A DNA stretch of 64,000 bases from Nitrospirota bacterium (GTDB lineage Bacteria > Nitrospirota > UBA9217), in assembly GCA_963790205.1 (NCBI GenBank), contig CAWBNQ010000003.1:224001-288000 (forward strand), read 5' to 3'. Each line of letters starts with the position of its first letter. Position 1 is the stretch's first letter. Made by a program: the position numbers and the translations under genes. A model generated the notes under the pieces. The model was given only the letters and a program-made list of their open reading frames with translations. It was not told the origin of the DNA and did not search any database. Shown here piece by piece: positions 48,396 through 58,703 of the stretch.

Positions 48396-50755
48396 ATGAA
48401 AAGGAGTATGCTCGGGCTTGCGGCGTTTCTGCTGCTCGCGGCGCTCGCGGGCTGCGCGGGTTCCCAGGCGTTCCAGCGCGGCGAGCGTTATGCCGATCGG
48501 GGAGAATGGGACCTTGCCGTGAAGGAATACCGGGAAGCCAACACGCGCTCGCCCCAGGACATCGAATACCGTTCGGCGCTGCTCAGGGCACAGGAGACCG
48601 CGGCGAACGAGCACTATAAAAGGGCGCGCAAGTTTCTGAAGGAGCGGAAGTTCGACCAGTCCATCGAGGAGCTTCAGCAGGCCCTGTATCTCAACCCTTC
48701 GAATGCGGCCATCCAGAGCACGCTCAAGTCCGTGCTCGATATAAAGCAGGCGGAGGAGCACTACCGCGCATCGCTCACGTTCCAGGAGCTCGGACGGTTG
48801 AGCGACGCCATCAGCGAGCTGAACCAGGCGGTGGAGCTTGATCCGGAAAACGTCAAATACCTCGATTCCCTCGACAAGCTGCGGAAAAAGAAGGCCGAAA
48901 CCGAGCCGGAAGACGCGCTCACCCTGGCCTCGGACAAGCCCATTACCCTGAATTTCAAGAACACGAACATCAAAGACGTCTTCGATTTCCTGTCCAAGCT
49001 CTCGGGCATCAACATCCTGTTCGACGAAGAAGTGAAGGCGCAGCCGGTGACCGTGTTCGTCAAGGACGTGTCGTTCCAGTACGCGCTCAACCTGCTCCTC
49101 TCCACGAACAAGCTCTTCATGAAGAAGGTCAGCGCCGACACCATCATCATCGTCCCCAAGACCAAGGGAAAGCTGGACCAGTACCAGGACCTGATGGTCA
49201 AGACCTTCTATATCAACAACGCGAAGGCGAAAGAGGTCGTCAACCTGGTCCGGTCCATGCTCGATGTCAAAAAGATATACGTGAACGAGATCCAGAACTC
49301 CATCACTGTGCGCGATACGCCTGAGAAAATAAAACTGGTGGAGAAAGTGATCGCCGCGAACGACCTCAAGGAAGCGGAGGTCATTCTCGACGTCGAGATC
49401 CTCGAGCTGGCAAGGACCAACTCGCTGAATGTCGGCTGGAACTTTACGCCCGGGCTGACCGCCGGAGCAACGGTCCAGAGCATTACTCCCCCGACCGGCG
49501 TTTCTATCCCCGCGGGCAGTATCTCCCTGAACGAGCTCAGAAACCTGTCGAGGGACAATATTTTTGTAACCCTCCCCGGTATTGTGATGAACCTGATCAA
49601 ACAGGATTCCGATGCCCAGACCCTTGCCAACCCGCGGGTCCGCGTTCTGAACAACAAACAGGCGAAGTTCCATATCGGAGACAAAATTCCGATCCAGACC
49701 TCGACCATCCAGTCCACCGCGACGGCCGCCGTCACGTCCACCTTCGAGTATAAGGACGTCGGCATCAAGCTCAACATCGAACCGACCATCCACCTCAACA
49801 ACACGGTGACGCTCAAGATGGCGATGGAAGTCAGCACCCTCGGCCAGCCGCTGGATTTCGGGAACGGGCAGAAACAGTACAAGTTCGGGACCCGGAACAC
49901 GGAGACGATCGTAAACCTGCGGGACGGAGAGACCGTGATCATCGGGGGACTGATCAAGGATGAGGACACGGAAGAGCAAGATCAAGGTTCCCGATCCTCG
50001 GCGATATACCTCTAGTGGGCAGGCTGTTCTCCTCGACGGACGACGAAACGATCAAGACGGACATCCTCATGTCGATCACGCCGAACATCGTGCGCAATAT
50101 GGAGCTGCCGGACAAGGACACGCAGGCGTTCTGGTCGGGGACGGAAGAGGCCTACGCCACCACGCCGCTCTTCGTCACCGCCGGCAAGAGCACCAAGCCG
50201 TCGAGCAGGGCGCCTGACAAGACCGAGGTGCTCGAATCCATGGCGAAGTCCGGGGCGGCTGCTCCGGCGGCCGGGTTAGCGGCGAAGACGCTGTCGGCCC
50301 CGACGACCACGGCGACAGGACAGCCTTCCGGCGCGCCATCCGTCGCGGCTTTGGAGCTCGAACCTTCGGAAGGAACGGTCCAGGTCGGACAGGAAATGAG
50401 GGTGGAACTGACCGCCGGCGGGATCAAGGACCTCTACGGGGGCATTATTACGCTGAGCTACGATCCCAAGGTATTGGATTTCAAGACCGCGAGCGAGGGA
50501 ACGTTCCTGAGGAAGGACGGACAACCGACCTCGTTCCTTTTTTCGAACAACATCAATGCAGGGACCGTGGACATTTACATAACGCGCATCGGCGGGCGAG
50601 GCGGCGTAGGCGGCTCAGGAAGCCTGTGTACCCTCGTATTCCAGGGCAAATCGGGCGGAACAAGCGAGATAACCATGAAGAGCGTGAAACTGATGAATAT
50701 GGCACGGGAACAGATCGGGAGCGAAAGCAAAAAGGCGAAAGTGGTTGTGAAGTAG
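48396..50755 (+). CDS. gspD: Secretin (GspD/PulQ-like) with N-terminal lipoprotein-TPR and C-terminal cohesin domain; split by two +1 frameshifts
   Basis: LAGC lipobox, ITLNFK, LANPRVRV, YKDVGIKLNIEP, GETVIIGGLI. Removing one base at ~49968 and one at ~49991 restores KVPILGDIPLVGRLFS. Cohesin-like LSYDPKVL...EGTFL...GSGSL. Confidence 0.88.
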
Positions 50756-50879
50756 GACGGCGGCAGGAGCGCCGTATTGAATATTTGAAAACTGGAAAGC
50801 GCAAAGGGAAAAAACATCATCCAGAGGACGCTCTGCAATCTGAAATTTCCAATTTTCATTTTCCAGTTCATTCTAGGCT

Positions 50880-51365
50880 ATGAGGGAAAAGGGTTTCACG
50901 CTTATAGAGCTGCTGGTAGTCATCGCTATCATGGCCATCCTGGCTTCGGCGGCAATGCCCCTTTCGCGCATGACCGTCAAACGGGCCAGGGAAATCGAGC
51001 TGCGCGCCAATCTCAGGACCTTGCGCACCGCGATCGACGCGTTCAAGGATGACTGTGAGAATAAAAAACTTTCGACCTTTGAAGGCTACTGTAAAACCGA
51101 GCAGAACAACTATCCGGATTCCCTCGAACAGTTGACGGAACCGCTGAAAATGAGCGGAGCCGTGGACAAGACCCGGAAATATCTTCGGAGGATCCCCCGG
51201 GACCCCATGACCGAGCTTGATTCACCGGGCAACCCGAACAACTGGGGGCTGCGTTCCTACAGCGATGATCCGGATTCCACCCAGTGGGGCGGCGATGATG
51301 TGTTCGATGTCTATTCGAAGAGCGACAAGACGGCCCTTGACGGCTCAAAGTACAGTACCTGGTAA
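50880..51365 (+). CDS. Pseudopilin (GspG/PulG-like)
   Basis: KGFTLIELL class III signal; YLRRIPRDPMT; DVFDVYS. Confidence 0.92.
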   Translation: MREKGFTLIELLVVIAIMAILASAAMPLSRMTVKRAREIELRANLRTLRTAIDAFKDDCENKKLSTFEGYCKTEQNNYPDSLEQLTEPLKMSGAVDKTRKYLRRIPRDPMTELDSPGNPNNWGLRSYSDDPDSTQWGGDDVFDVYSKSDKTALDGSKYSTW

Positions 51366-51374
51366 TGAGTAAGA

Positions 51375-51794
51375 ATGAATAAGAATGAAACGCATAATAT
51401 GAAAAGTTCCGGCGAGCGCGGCTTCACGCTCATCGAGCTCATGGTCGTACTTGCGATCATCGGTATCCTCGTTACGATCGCCCAACCGAACCTGAAACGG
51501 TCCATCACCAGGGCCCGTGAGGCCGTGCTCAAGGAAGACCTGTTCCAGATGCGCGATGCCATCGATCAATATTACACGGACAACGGCAAGTATCCCGCGA
51601 CCCTCAAGGACCTGGTCAACACGCAGGAGGGGACCAAGAGCTATCTTCGGGACGTGCCCCGGGACCCGTTCACCGGCGCTGATGACTGGATCACGGTCGC
51701 CGCGCCCGAAGGCGGTGAAGAGGACGGGGTGTTCGACGTACACAGCGCCAGCCCCCTGATTGCCACGGACGGCACGGCGTACAATACGTGGTGA
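51375..51794 (+). CDS. Pseudopilin (GspG/OxpG-like)
   Basis: RGFTLIELMVV; MRDAIDQYY.D.GKYP; YLRDVPRDPFT; start may be 51399. Confidence 0.92.
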   Translation: MNKNETHNMKSSGERGFTLIELMVVLAIIGILVTIAQPNLKRSITRAREAVLKEDLFQMRDAIDQYYTDNGKYPATLKDLVNTQEGTKSYLRDVPRDPFTGADDWITVAAPEGGEEDGVFDVHSASPLIATDGTAYNTW

Positions 51795-51845
51795 GGTTTT
51801 CCGTTCGCCGCCATGATTCCCCGCGGTTAAGGAAGCAAGAACGTG

Positions 51846-51875
51846 TTGACTTACTCCGTCTCATTCTGATATTAT
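51846..51875 (+). promoter_or_regulatory. Sigma70 promoter, probably leaderless, for gspF-gspE
   Basis: TTGACT-N18-TATTAT (TGn-extended); ATG 6 nt downstream; no SD. Confidence 0.6.
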
Positions 51876-51881
51876 CCATCC

Positions 51882-53072
51882 ATGCCCCATTTTACCTACA
51901 AGGCTGTTCGGGAAGACGGGACCACCGTAACTGACGAGGCCACGGCAGCTGACGTTGCCGAGCTCCGGCAGGAGCTGGAGGCCAGAGGCTACCTGGTTTT
52001 GGGCCTCGAAAAGAAAAAAACCTCCTTATGGAGCGGCCGCGGCAGCGCAAAGGACTTCCTCATCTTCAACCAGGAATTCGCAACGCTCGTCAAGGCAGGA
52101 CTGCCGATCCTCCAGGCGATCGAACTGCTGCACAAGCGGACGGAAAAGCCGGGGTTTCGGAACGCCCTCGAGAGCATCATCCATGATATCAAGGGGGGAG
52201 CAGCGCTCTCGGACGCCATGACCCGGCATCCTGCATACTTTTCGCCCCTCTACACGGCCACCGTGCGGGCGGGCGAGAAGAGCGGCGCCCTTGTCGATGT
52301 GCTCAGACGCTTCACCCTCTATCAGAAAAAAATGATCACGGTGGTGGGCAAACTGAAAATGGCGCTCGCCTACCCGGTCTTTCTGGTCGTCTCTCTCTTC
52401 GCGGTGCTCCTGCTCTTTTTCCTCTTCATCATACCGAACTTCACGCAGATGTACAGCGAGCAGGGCGGGAAGCTTCCGCTTTTGACGAGGCTTCTCGTTT
52501 CGTTTACCGCGGCGCTTACCCACTATGCGCCGTTTGTCTTCGTCAGCCTTCTCGTTGCGGGCGCCGGCTTATACTCGTGGCAGAAGACCGAGACCGGCAG
52601 GAAGACGGTCGATGGCTTGAAGCTCAAAATACCGCTCGTCCGGTCGCTCATCATTCAGTACGTCCTCGCGCAGCTCACCCGGACGCTTTCTACCGTGCTC
52701 CGGGGCGGCATTCCGCTGGTGCAGGCGCTCGACACCACCGCCGGCGTGATCAGCAACACGGTCGTCGCCGGGAGATTGTCGGAAGCCAGGGAACTCGTGA
52801 CCCAGGGCGTGAGCCTTGCCGATGCCTTCGAACGCACCCGGCTGGCGCCGGACATGACGGTCCGGATGATCGCGGTCGGGGAATCGTCCGGCGATCTTCC
52901 GCAGATGCTCGAGGATGTCGCGGATTTCTACGATCAGGAGGTCGAGAACAGGCTGACCGCCATCACGACGCTGATCGAGCCGGTGCTCATGCTGTGCATG
53001 GGGCTTGTGATGGCGGTGATCGTGGTTGCTCTCTACCTGCCGATATTCGAAATGGGGGCGCAGATACGATGA
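51882..53072 (+). CDS. gspF: Type II secretion inner membrane platform protein (GspF/PilC)
   Basis: LVKAGLPI, AGEKSGAL, AYP, GESSGDL, LIEP, YLPIF. Confidence 0.93.
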   Translation: MPHFTYKAVREDGTTVTDEATAADVAELRQELEARGYLVLGLEKKKTSLWSGRGSAKDFLIFNQEFATLVKAGLPILQAIELLHKRTEKPGFRNALESIIHDIKGGAALSDAMTRHPAYFSPLYTATVRAGEKSGALVDVLRRFTLYQKKMITVVGKLKMALAYPVFLVVSLFAVLLLFFLFIIPNFTQMYSEQGGKLPLLTRLLVSFTAALTHYAPFVFVSLLVAGAGLYSWQKTETGRKTVDGLKLKIPLVRSLIIQYVLAQLTRTLSTVLRGGIPLVQALDTTAGVISNTVVAGRLSEARELVTQGVSLADAFERTRLAPDMTVRMIAVGESSGDLPQMLEDVADFYDQEVENRLTAITTLIEPVLMLCMGLVMAVIVVALYLPIFEMGAQIR

Positions 53073-54793
53073 TGTCATTCCGGAGAAGACGCCTGGGAGA
53101 GATCCTTTCGGCCAAGGGGCTCGTGACCGAGGAGCAGATCGCCGACATCCTGTCGAGAACCGAGGGGAGCCGGATGCGGATCGGAGAACTTCTCATGACA
53201 GAGGGGCTGGTCACCGAGGAGTCCCTCGCGAAGGCGCTGGCGGAACAGCGGGACCTGCGTTACGTCGACCTCCTGGACTTCAGCGTCAACGCCAAATTCT
53301 TCACAACCATCCCCGTCAATCTGATGCAGCGATACCAGTTCGTTCCCATGGAAGACGCCGGGGACATTTTGGTCGTCGCCATGACCGACCCGAGCAATAT
53401 TCCCTCCATCGACGAGCTCGAAATGGTCCTGGGCCGTCAACTTGAGATCTGCGTGAGCACGCCCTCGGCCATCCAGGCGGTCCTGAAGCGGAGCGGCGGT
53501 TCGGAACAGGCGCTCCATGCGGTCTCCGAAGACTTTATGTTCCAAATCATCAAGGACAAGGAAGACGGCCAGGGCGAGGAAGTGCTTTCCCTCGAGAGCA
53601 TCGACAAGGACGAAAGCCCCATCATCAAGCTTATCCACACCACGGTGTTCGACGCCATCCAACGGAGGGCCTCCGACATCCACATCGAGGTCACGGACAG
53701 GAACGTTTTGATCAAGTACCGCATCGACGGCGTGCTCTACCCCGCAGTTGAGCCGATCGACATCAGGTTCCACAGCGCCATCGTGTCGCGCATCAAGGTC
53801 ATGAGCGACCTCGACATCGCCGAGCGGCGCGTGCCCCAGGACGGCAGGTTCAAGCTCAGGACCGGCGGGAAGACCATCGATTTCCGTGTTTCTATTCTGC
53901 CCTCCGCCTTCGGCGAGGACGTGGTCATCCGCATCCTCGACAAGGAATCCATCACCGCCGGGGTGAACTCGCTCAAGCTCGACAGCCTCGGTTTCGACGA
54001 AAACGATCTCAAGCGGTTCCGCAAGAGCATCCAGGAACCCTATGGCATGGTCCTCGTGACCGGCCCCACGGGGAGCGGCAAGACCACGACCCTCTACGCC
54101 GCCATGACGGAGATCAATACCGGCGAGGACAAGTTCATCACCATCGAGGACCCTGTCGAGTACCAGCTCCGGGGCGTAACGCAGATCCCGGTGAATGAAA
54201 AGAAAGGGCTCACCTTCGCGCGCGGCTTGCGCTCGATCCTCCGGCATGACCCGGACAAGATCATGGTCGGCGAAATCCGCGACGCCGAGACGGGCCAGAT
54301 CGCGGTCCAGTCCGCGCTCACCGGGCACCTGGTCTTCACCACGGTGCATGCGAACAACGCCTTCGATGTGCTCGGCCGCTTCCTGAACATGGGCATCGAA
54401 CCCTACAACTTCGTGTCATCGCTCAACTGCATCCTCGCCCAGCGGCTCGTCCGCATACTGTGCCCCCGGTGCAAAAAACCCATTACCCTGTCGAGAAAGG
54501 AACTCGAAGACTCTGCAATGGATTACGAAAAGTACGGAAATCACCGGTTCTATGAGGCCGGGGGGTGCAAGGACTGCAATTTTACGGGTTTCCGGGGCAG
54601 GAAGGCCATAACGGAATTTCTCGATCTTTCCGACCGCGTCCGGGAAATGATCCTCGAAAGGCGGCCGTCGTCGGAGCTCCGGAAGGCCGCCATGACCGAG
54701 GGCATGACCACCCTCCGCCAGTCCGCGCTTGCGAAGGTCTATGCCGGCGATACGACCGTGAAGGAGATCAACCGGGTAACGTTTATTGAATAA
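53069..54793 (+). CDS. gspE: Secretion ATPase (GspE/PilB) with MshEN-like N-terminus
   Basis: RLGEIL, ASDIH, PQDGRF, GPTGSGKTTT, TIEDPVE, LRHDPD, TGHLV, CPRC/CKDC. Confidence 0.95.
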   Translation: MMSFRRRRLGEILSAKGLVTEEQIADILSRTEGSRMRIGELLMTEGLVTEESLAKALAEQRDLRYVDLLDFSVNAKFFTTIPVNLMQRYQFVPMEDAGDILVVAMTDPSNIPSIDELEMVLGRQLEICVSTPSAIQAVLKRSGGSEQALHAVSEDFMFQIIKDKEDGQGEEVLSLESIDKDESPIIKLIHTTVFDAIQRRASDIHIEVTDRNVLIKYRIDGVLYPAVEPIDIRFHSAIVSRIKVMSDLDIAERRVPQDGRFKLRTGGKTIDFRVSILPSAFGEDVVIRILDKESITAGVNSLKLDSLGFDENDLKRFRKSIQEPYGMVLVTGPTGSGKTTTLYAAMTEINTGEDKFITIEDPVEYQLRGVTQIPVNEKKGLTFARGLRSILRHDPDKIMVGEIRDAETGQIAVQSALTGHLVFTTVHANNAFDVLGRFLNMGIEPYNFVSSLNCILAQRLVRILCPRCKKPITLSRKELEDSAMDYEKYGNHRFYEAGGCKDCNFTGFRGRKAITEFLDLSDRVREMILERRPSSELRKAAMTEGMTTLRQSALAKVYAGDTTVKEINRVTFIE

Positions 54794-55181
54794 AGAAGCC
54801 GGGGGTCCCTTCCGTTTATCTCCCCGCCTGACAACGCGTTGCCTTTCTTTGCCGAAAAATTCAGGGAAGGCCGGGACGCGCCTCCGGTTTGACTTTGCCC
54901 GTGACGGGCCCGCGGCGCGTCTCATAACGTTGGCGACGCCGAAGCCGCACGCAATAGGCCGCCGGCCCTTGCCGGGGCTCAACTGTCGTTGTTCATTTAC
55001 AAAGACCGTTTCAAGACCGGATGAATTATATTGCAAACCACTCCTGAACCTGCTATTATTATTGGACTAAATTGGACAAAAGATCAAGCACGTCATGTCT
55101 CTTCGCGGCGAAAAGAATAAAGAAGTTTTCCGCAGGTCATGTTTCTTGTCCTCGGGAAAGGGAGCATGCCGACTCTAATTA

Positions 55182-56630
55182 ATGAATATGCCTGATGTAT
55201 CCTCCAAAATTACCACTCACGCCCCGCACCTGCGTCCCGACCTTGGTAAACTGAAGGTTCTGGTCGTTGATGATGAATTGCTGATCAGGTATTCGTTGCA
55301 GCGCCTCATCGAACGAGAGGGCTTTTCCGTCATTACAGCGGATTCCGGACTGCAGGCGCTGCAGCAATTCGAACAAGAGAAACCCGAGGTCGTTATCCTG
55401 GACATTCGCCTTCCCGACGCAAATGGTCTGGACCTTCTGAAAACCATCAAGGAAATCAGCCCTTCCGTGACCGTTGTCATGGTAACAGCCTGTCCCGATA
55501 TACGAAGCAGCGTAGAGGCGATGAAGATGGGCGCTTTCGATTATCTTGATAAGCCCATCGATATCGAGAAGCTGACGAATATCCTGAATACGTTGAAGCA
55601 GGAACGGCCCCGGGCCAAGACGGTACACTTGCCGGGCAGCGTCGCGTTCAAAAGCGATGCCATGAACGAGGTGCTCAGGATCACCGAGCGTCTGGCCAAT
55701 AAAGGAGACGTGACGGTCCTGGTGCTCGGAGAAAGCGGGACGGGAAAGAGTTTCCTGTGCAGGACCGTGCATGAACTGAGCCCGCGCAAAGGACGGCCGT
55801 TTGTCGAGATCGGGTGCTCAACGATCCCCGAGCACCTCATCGAGAGCGAGCTCTTCGGATATGAGAAGGGCGCGTTCACAGACGCAAAGACATCCAAAAA
55901 AGGGCTCATCGAGACGGCGGAGGGCGGCACGGTCTTTCTCGATGAGATCGGAGACATGCCCACGGCGATGCAATCAAAGCTCCTCAGTCTGATCGAAGAG
56001 CGGAAATTCAGGAGGGTCGGAGGGCTCCAGCAGCTCAACGCCGATGTCCGGATTCTCGCCGCCACGAACAGGAACCTCCACGACCTCGTGCAGGAGGGAA
56101 AGTTCAGGCTTGATCTTTATTACCGCCTGAACGTCGTCACGATAGAAATGCCGCCCCTCCGCACGCGGGCGGAAGACATTGCCCTGCTGGTGGAGCATTT
56201 CCTGAAACATTTCAGTCAGAAGCACTCCTGCCAGACCAACAGCATAACGACGCCGGCCTTGGAAGCACTGCAAAACTATTCCTGGCCGGGCAATGTGAGG
56301 GAGTTGAAGAACCTCATGGAAAAGCTCGTGGTCATGTCAAAGTGCGACAAGGTCGGCGTTGACGACCTTCCATCGGAGATCCTCGCTGCAAAAGGGGACC
56401 CCGCCCCCGCGGCGCAGAAACCCTTGAATGCTCCCGTCGGCCCTCCGGTGCAGCCTTCTGAAAACGTCAAGCGCAACAGCCTGTCGCTCAAAGTGCTTGA
56501 AGAAGAGTCCATCAGGGCCGCGTTAAAAGCGGCGAAGGGCAACCAGAGAGAGGCGGCGAAACTCCTCGACATCACCAGGGACACGCTGCGCTACCGCATG
56601 AAAAAGCTGGGCATTGAATCGGCTCGGTGA
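55182..56630 (+). CDS. NtrC-family sigma54-dependent response regulator
   Basis: Receiver (VVDDE, LDIRLPD, KP); AAA+ GESGTGKS, GAFTDA, FLDEIG, WPGNVREL; Fis-type HTH. Confidence 0.95.
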   Translation: MNMPDVSSKITTHAPHLRPDLGKLKVLVVDDELLIRYSLQRLIEREGFSVITADSGLQALQQFEQEKPEVVILDIRLPDANGLDLLKTIKEISPSVTVVMVTACPDIRSSVEAMKMGAFDYLDKPIDIEKLTNILNTLKQERPRAKTVHLPGSVAFKSDAMNEVLRITERLANKGDVTVLVLGESGTGKSFLCRTVHELSPRKGRPFVEIGCSTIPEHLIESELFGYEKGAFTDAKTSKKGLIETAEGGTVFLDEIGDMPTAMQSKLLSLIEERKFRRVGGLQQLNADVRILAATNRNLHDLVQEGKFRLDLYYRLNVVTIEMPPLRTRAEDIALLVEHFLKHFSQKHSCQTNSITTPALEALQNYSWPGNVRELKNLMEKLVVMSKCDKVGVDDLPSEILAAKGDPAPAAQKPLNAPVGPPVQPSENVKRNSLSLKVLEEESIRAALKAAKGNQREAAKLLDITRDTLRYRMKKLGIESAR

Positions 56631-56734
56631 CTCGTTCCGGATTGTCTCGCGAACTGCTTCCTTTTCGCTTTCTTGTTGCATCGACGGAACGCATCTCCGA
56701 ACGCCTCCTGAAAGTACTTTACAAAGCAAGCCTG

Positions 56735-56945
56735 AATTTTGAGTCAAGTTTTTTGAATTCACACAGTCACGCCCTGCTGTTGCCAAAACGCGGGTGCAGG
56801 CGAAGCTCACGAAGAAGGGCTGTATGAATCGTGCAAACCTCCGTGCTCTTTGTGCCTTGTGTGAGAAATCGTTTTGCTTGAGACTTTACTCATGCCTCGT
56901 TTGGTCCGAGGCGGGGCCTCGCTCAATATCAGTCTGTTACGAATA
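56735..56945. repeat. Dispersed ~210-bp repeat (REP/MITE-like), copy 2
   Basis: Same orientation as 29699-29925; identical 42-nt core at 56765-56806. Confidence 0.8.
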
Positions 56946-57146
56946 TAATTTCTTCCAGAATGGGGAAAAGGCGGATATTCGGTCTTTTCAATGTTTCTCC
57001 GGATTAACCCTTTTGTCTCATTTTGTCTCATAATAGAGTTAAAAAACCAGCAACGAAGAGCGAAATCACCCAAGAACCAAATTATTTCGGCATTTATGAG
57101 TCCAGCGTAGATACAAATGCATTGTTATATAAAGACTATAATATCC

Positions 57147-57162
57147 TGGCACTTCTATTGCA
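57147..57162 (+). promoter_or_regulatory. Sigma54 promoter (consensus)
   Basis: TGGCAC-TTCTA-TTGCA, downstream of the NtrC-family gene, with an AT-rich tract upstream. Confidence 0.85.
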
Positions 57163-57488
57163 TAATTTATATACAGTATAATGTTAAGGCTTCTTTCTGA
57201 ACGCTTTATTCAGAAAGAAGCTGGTTGGGCTAAGCCGTTGCGCGCCACGTCGCTATGGGATTTCAAATGATTTGTCAGCTTAAAACGAAGTCCGCGGAGA
57301 CAGCATTGGCAGGGGCGTGAGACTTGTTCGGGTGAAAAGCGGCGATTCCGGACTGCTCCGCAAGCCCCTTTCGTAAAAGACTATACAGGAAAAAGGGCTT
57401 TTGGGCAATAGGGTATCGTTGCGAAAGACGTGACTTTTTTCGGGGATGGATGTCGGAGTCGGGTTGTTCATTTCAGTGCTTGTGGTAA

Positions 57489-58682
57489 TCATATTCGCGG
57501 CGGTCCTTTGCAGCGCGCGGGCTGCATGATCTCGATTGTGCGCATTCTGCGTTCGCCGCAGGCAGGGCATTTGGCCACGTCAATGCCGGCGATCCTGAGC
57601 AAAGCTTCCTGCCACGTCTCAGTCTTCTGCTCCGCCTCGTTCTGATCAACGCAGGCCAGAAGCTCTCTGCATTGGTCGAGTTTCTTTCTGCGGCATCTGT
57701 TTCCCAACAGACCGTAATGCCTGATTTTGACAAACCGGTCGGGCAGGACATGAAGCAGGAACCGCCGGATGAACTCATCGGCGTCCACGGTCATGATCTT
57801 GCTTTTGTTGCTGTCCGCGTAGTCGCGCCACCGGAAGGAGATCTTGTCGTCCATCATCTTCACGAGCCGGTGATTGCTGATCGCGATACGGTGGGTGTAT
57901 CTGCCGAGATACTCAAGAACGCCTTTTGTTCCGTCGAACGGCGGCTTACAATAGACGACCCACTGCTTCTTGTACAAATCGGCGATGAAGGCCTTGAAAA
58001 CTCCCGGCGACGCAAGATGGCTTACGACGCCGGGGTAGACAAGTTTGTTCTCGGCACGGAGTTTTTTCAGATAAGCGAGAAACTTCCCCCGAAAGAGTTT
58101 CGACATGACCTTGACGGGAAGGAAAAAGCCATTCTTGCATGATTTCCATTTCCGTCCGCCCTTGGACAATCCGCCGCCGGTGACGATGTTGTGGAGATGC
58201 GGATGATCCATAAGGTTCTGTCCCCAGGTGTGCAGGATCGAGATAAAACCGATTTCCGCGCCCAAGTGTTTCTGCGTATTCGAGAGTTCCGTCAGGGTTT
58301 CCGAAACGGCCTTGAACAGGATCCCGTAGAGGGCCTCCTGGTTCCGGAGCACAAGGGGATTGAGTTTATCGGGGATGGTAAAAACGACATGGAAGTAAGG
58401 AATGGGAAGCAGGTCTTCTTCCCGGGCCTCGATCCACTGCTCTTTTTTAAGGAACTGGCACTTGGGGCAATGCCGGTTTCTGCAGGAGTTGTACGAGATC
58501 ACTTTTGTCCCGCAGTGCTCGCATTCGTCCACGTGACCGCCTTGGTCGGCGGTGCGGCAGGTCTCGATCGCCCGCATGGCGCGAAGACGATTCAAGGGCA
58601 TGGGATGAGCGTTCCGGTAAAGAGGACCGTACCGGCGAAAGATGTCCGCGACTTCGATCTGTAGGCTATCTCGCGTGTACAC
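57489..58682 (-). CDS. IS91-family (Y2 HUH) transposase with Zn-binding domain
   Basis: CRT..GGH...CEHC...YNSCRNRHCPKC, YFHVVFT, HTWG...HPHLH (HUH), YLGRY, RHYGLL. Confidence 0.95.
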   Translation of the reverse strand: MYTRDSLQIEVADIFRRYGPLYRNAHPMPLNRLRAMRAIETCRTADQGGHVDECEHCGTKVISYNSCRNRHCPKCQFLKKEQWIEAREEDLLPIPYFHVVFTIPDKLNPLVLRNQEALYGILFKAVSETLTELSNTQKHLGAEIGFISILHTWGQNLMDHPHLHNIVTGGGLSKGGRKWKSCKNGFFLPVKVMSKLFRGKFLAYLKKLRAENKLVYPGVVSHLASPGVFKAFIADLYKKQWVVYCKPPFDGTKGVLEYLGRYTHRIAISNHRLVKMMDDKISFRWRDYADSNKSKIMTVDADEFIRRFLLHVLPDRFVKIRHYGLLGNRCRRKKLDQCRELLACVDQNEAEQKTETWQEALLRIAGIDVAKCPACGERRMRTIEIMQPARCKGPPRI

Positions 58683-58703
58683 CGCGGGTGTCGCGTGTGC
58701 AGG

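Noticed and set aside
49960..50020. Programmed ribosomal frameshift in the secretin
   Set aside because: Would need two separate shifts within 25 nt with no slippery heptamer; mutation or assembly error is simpler.
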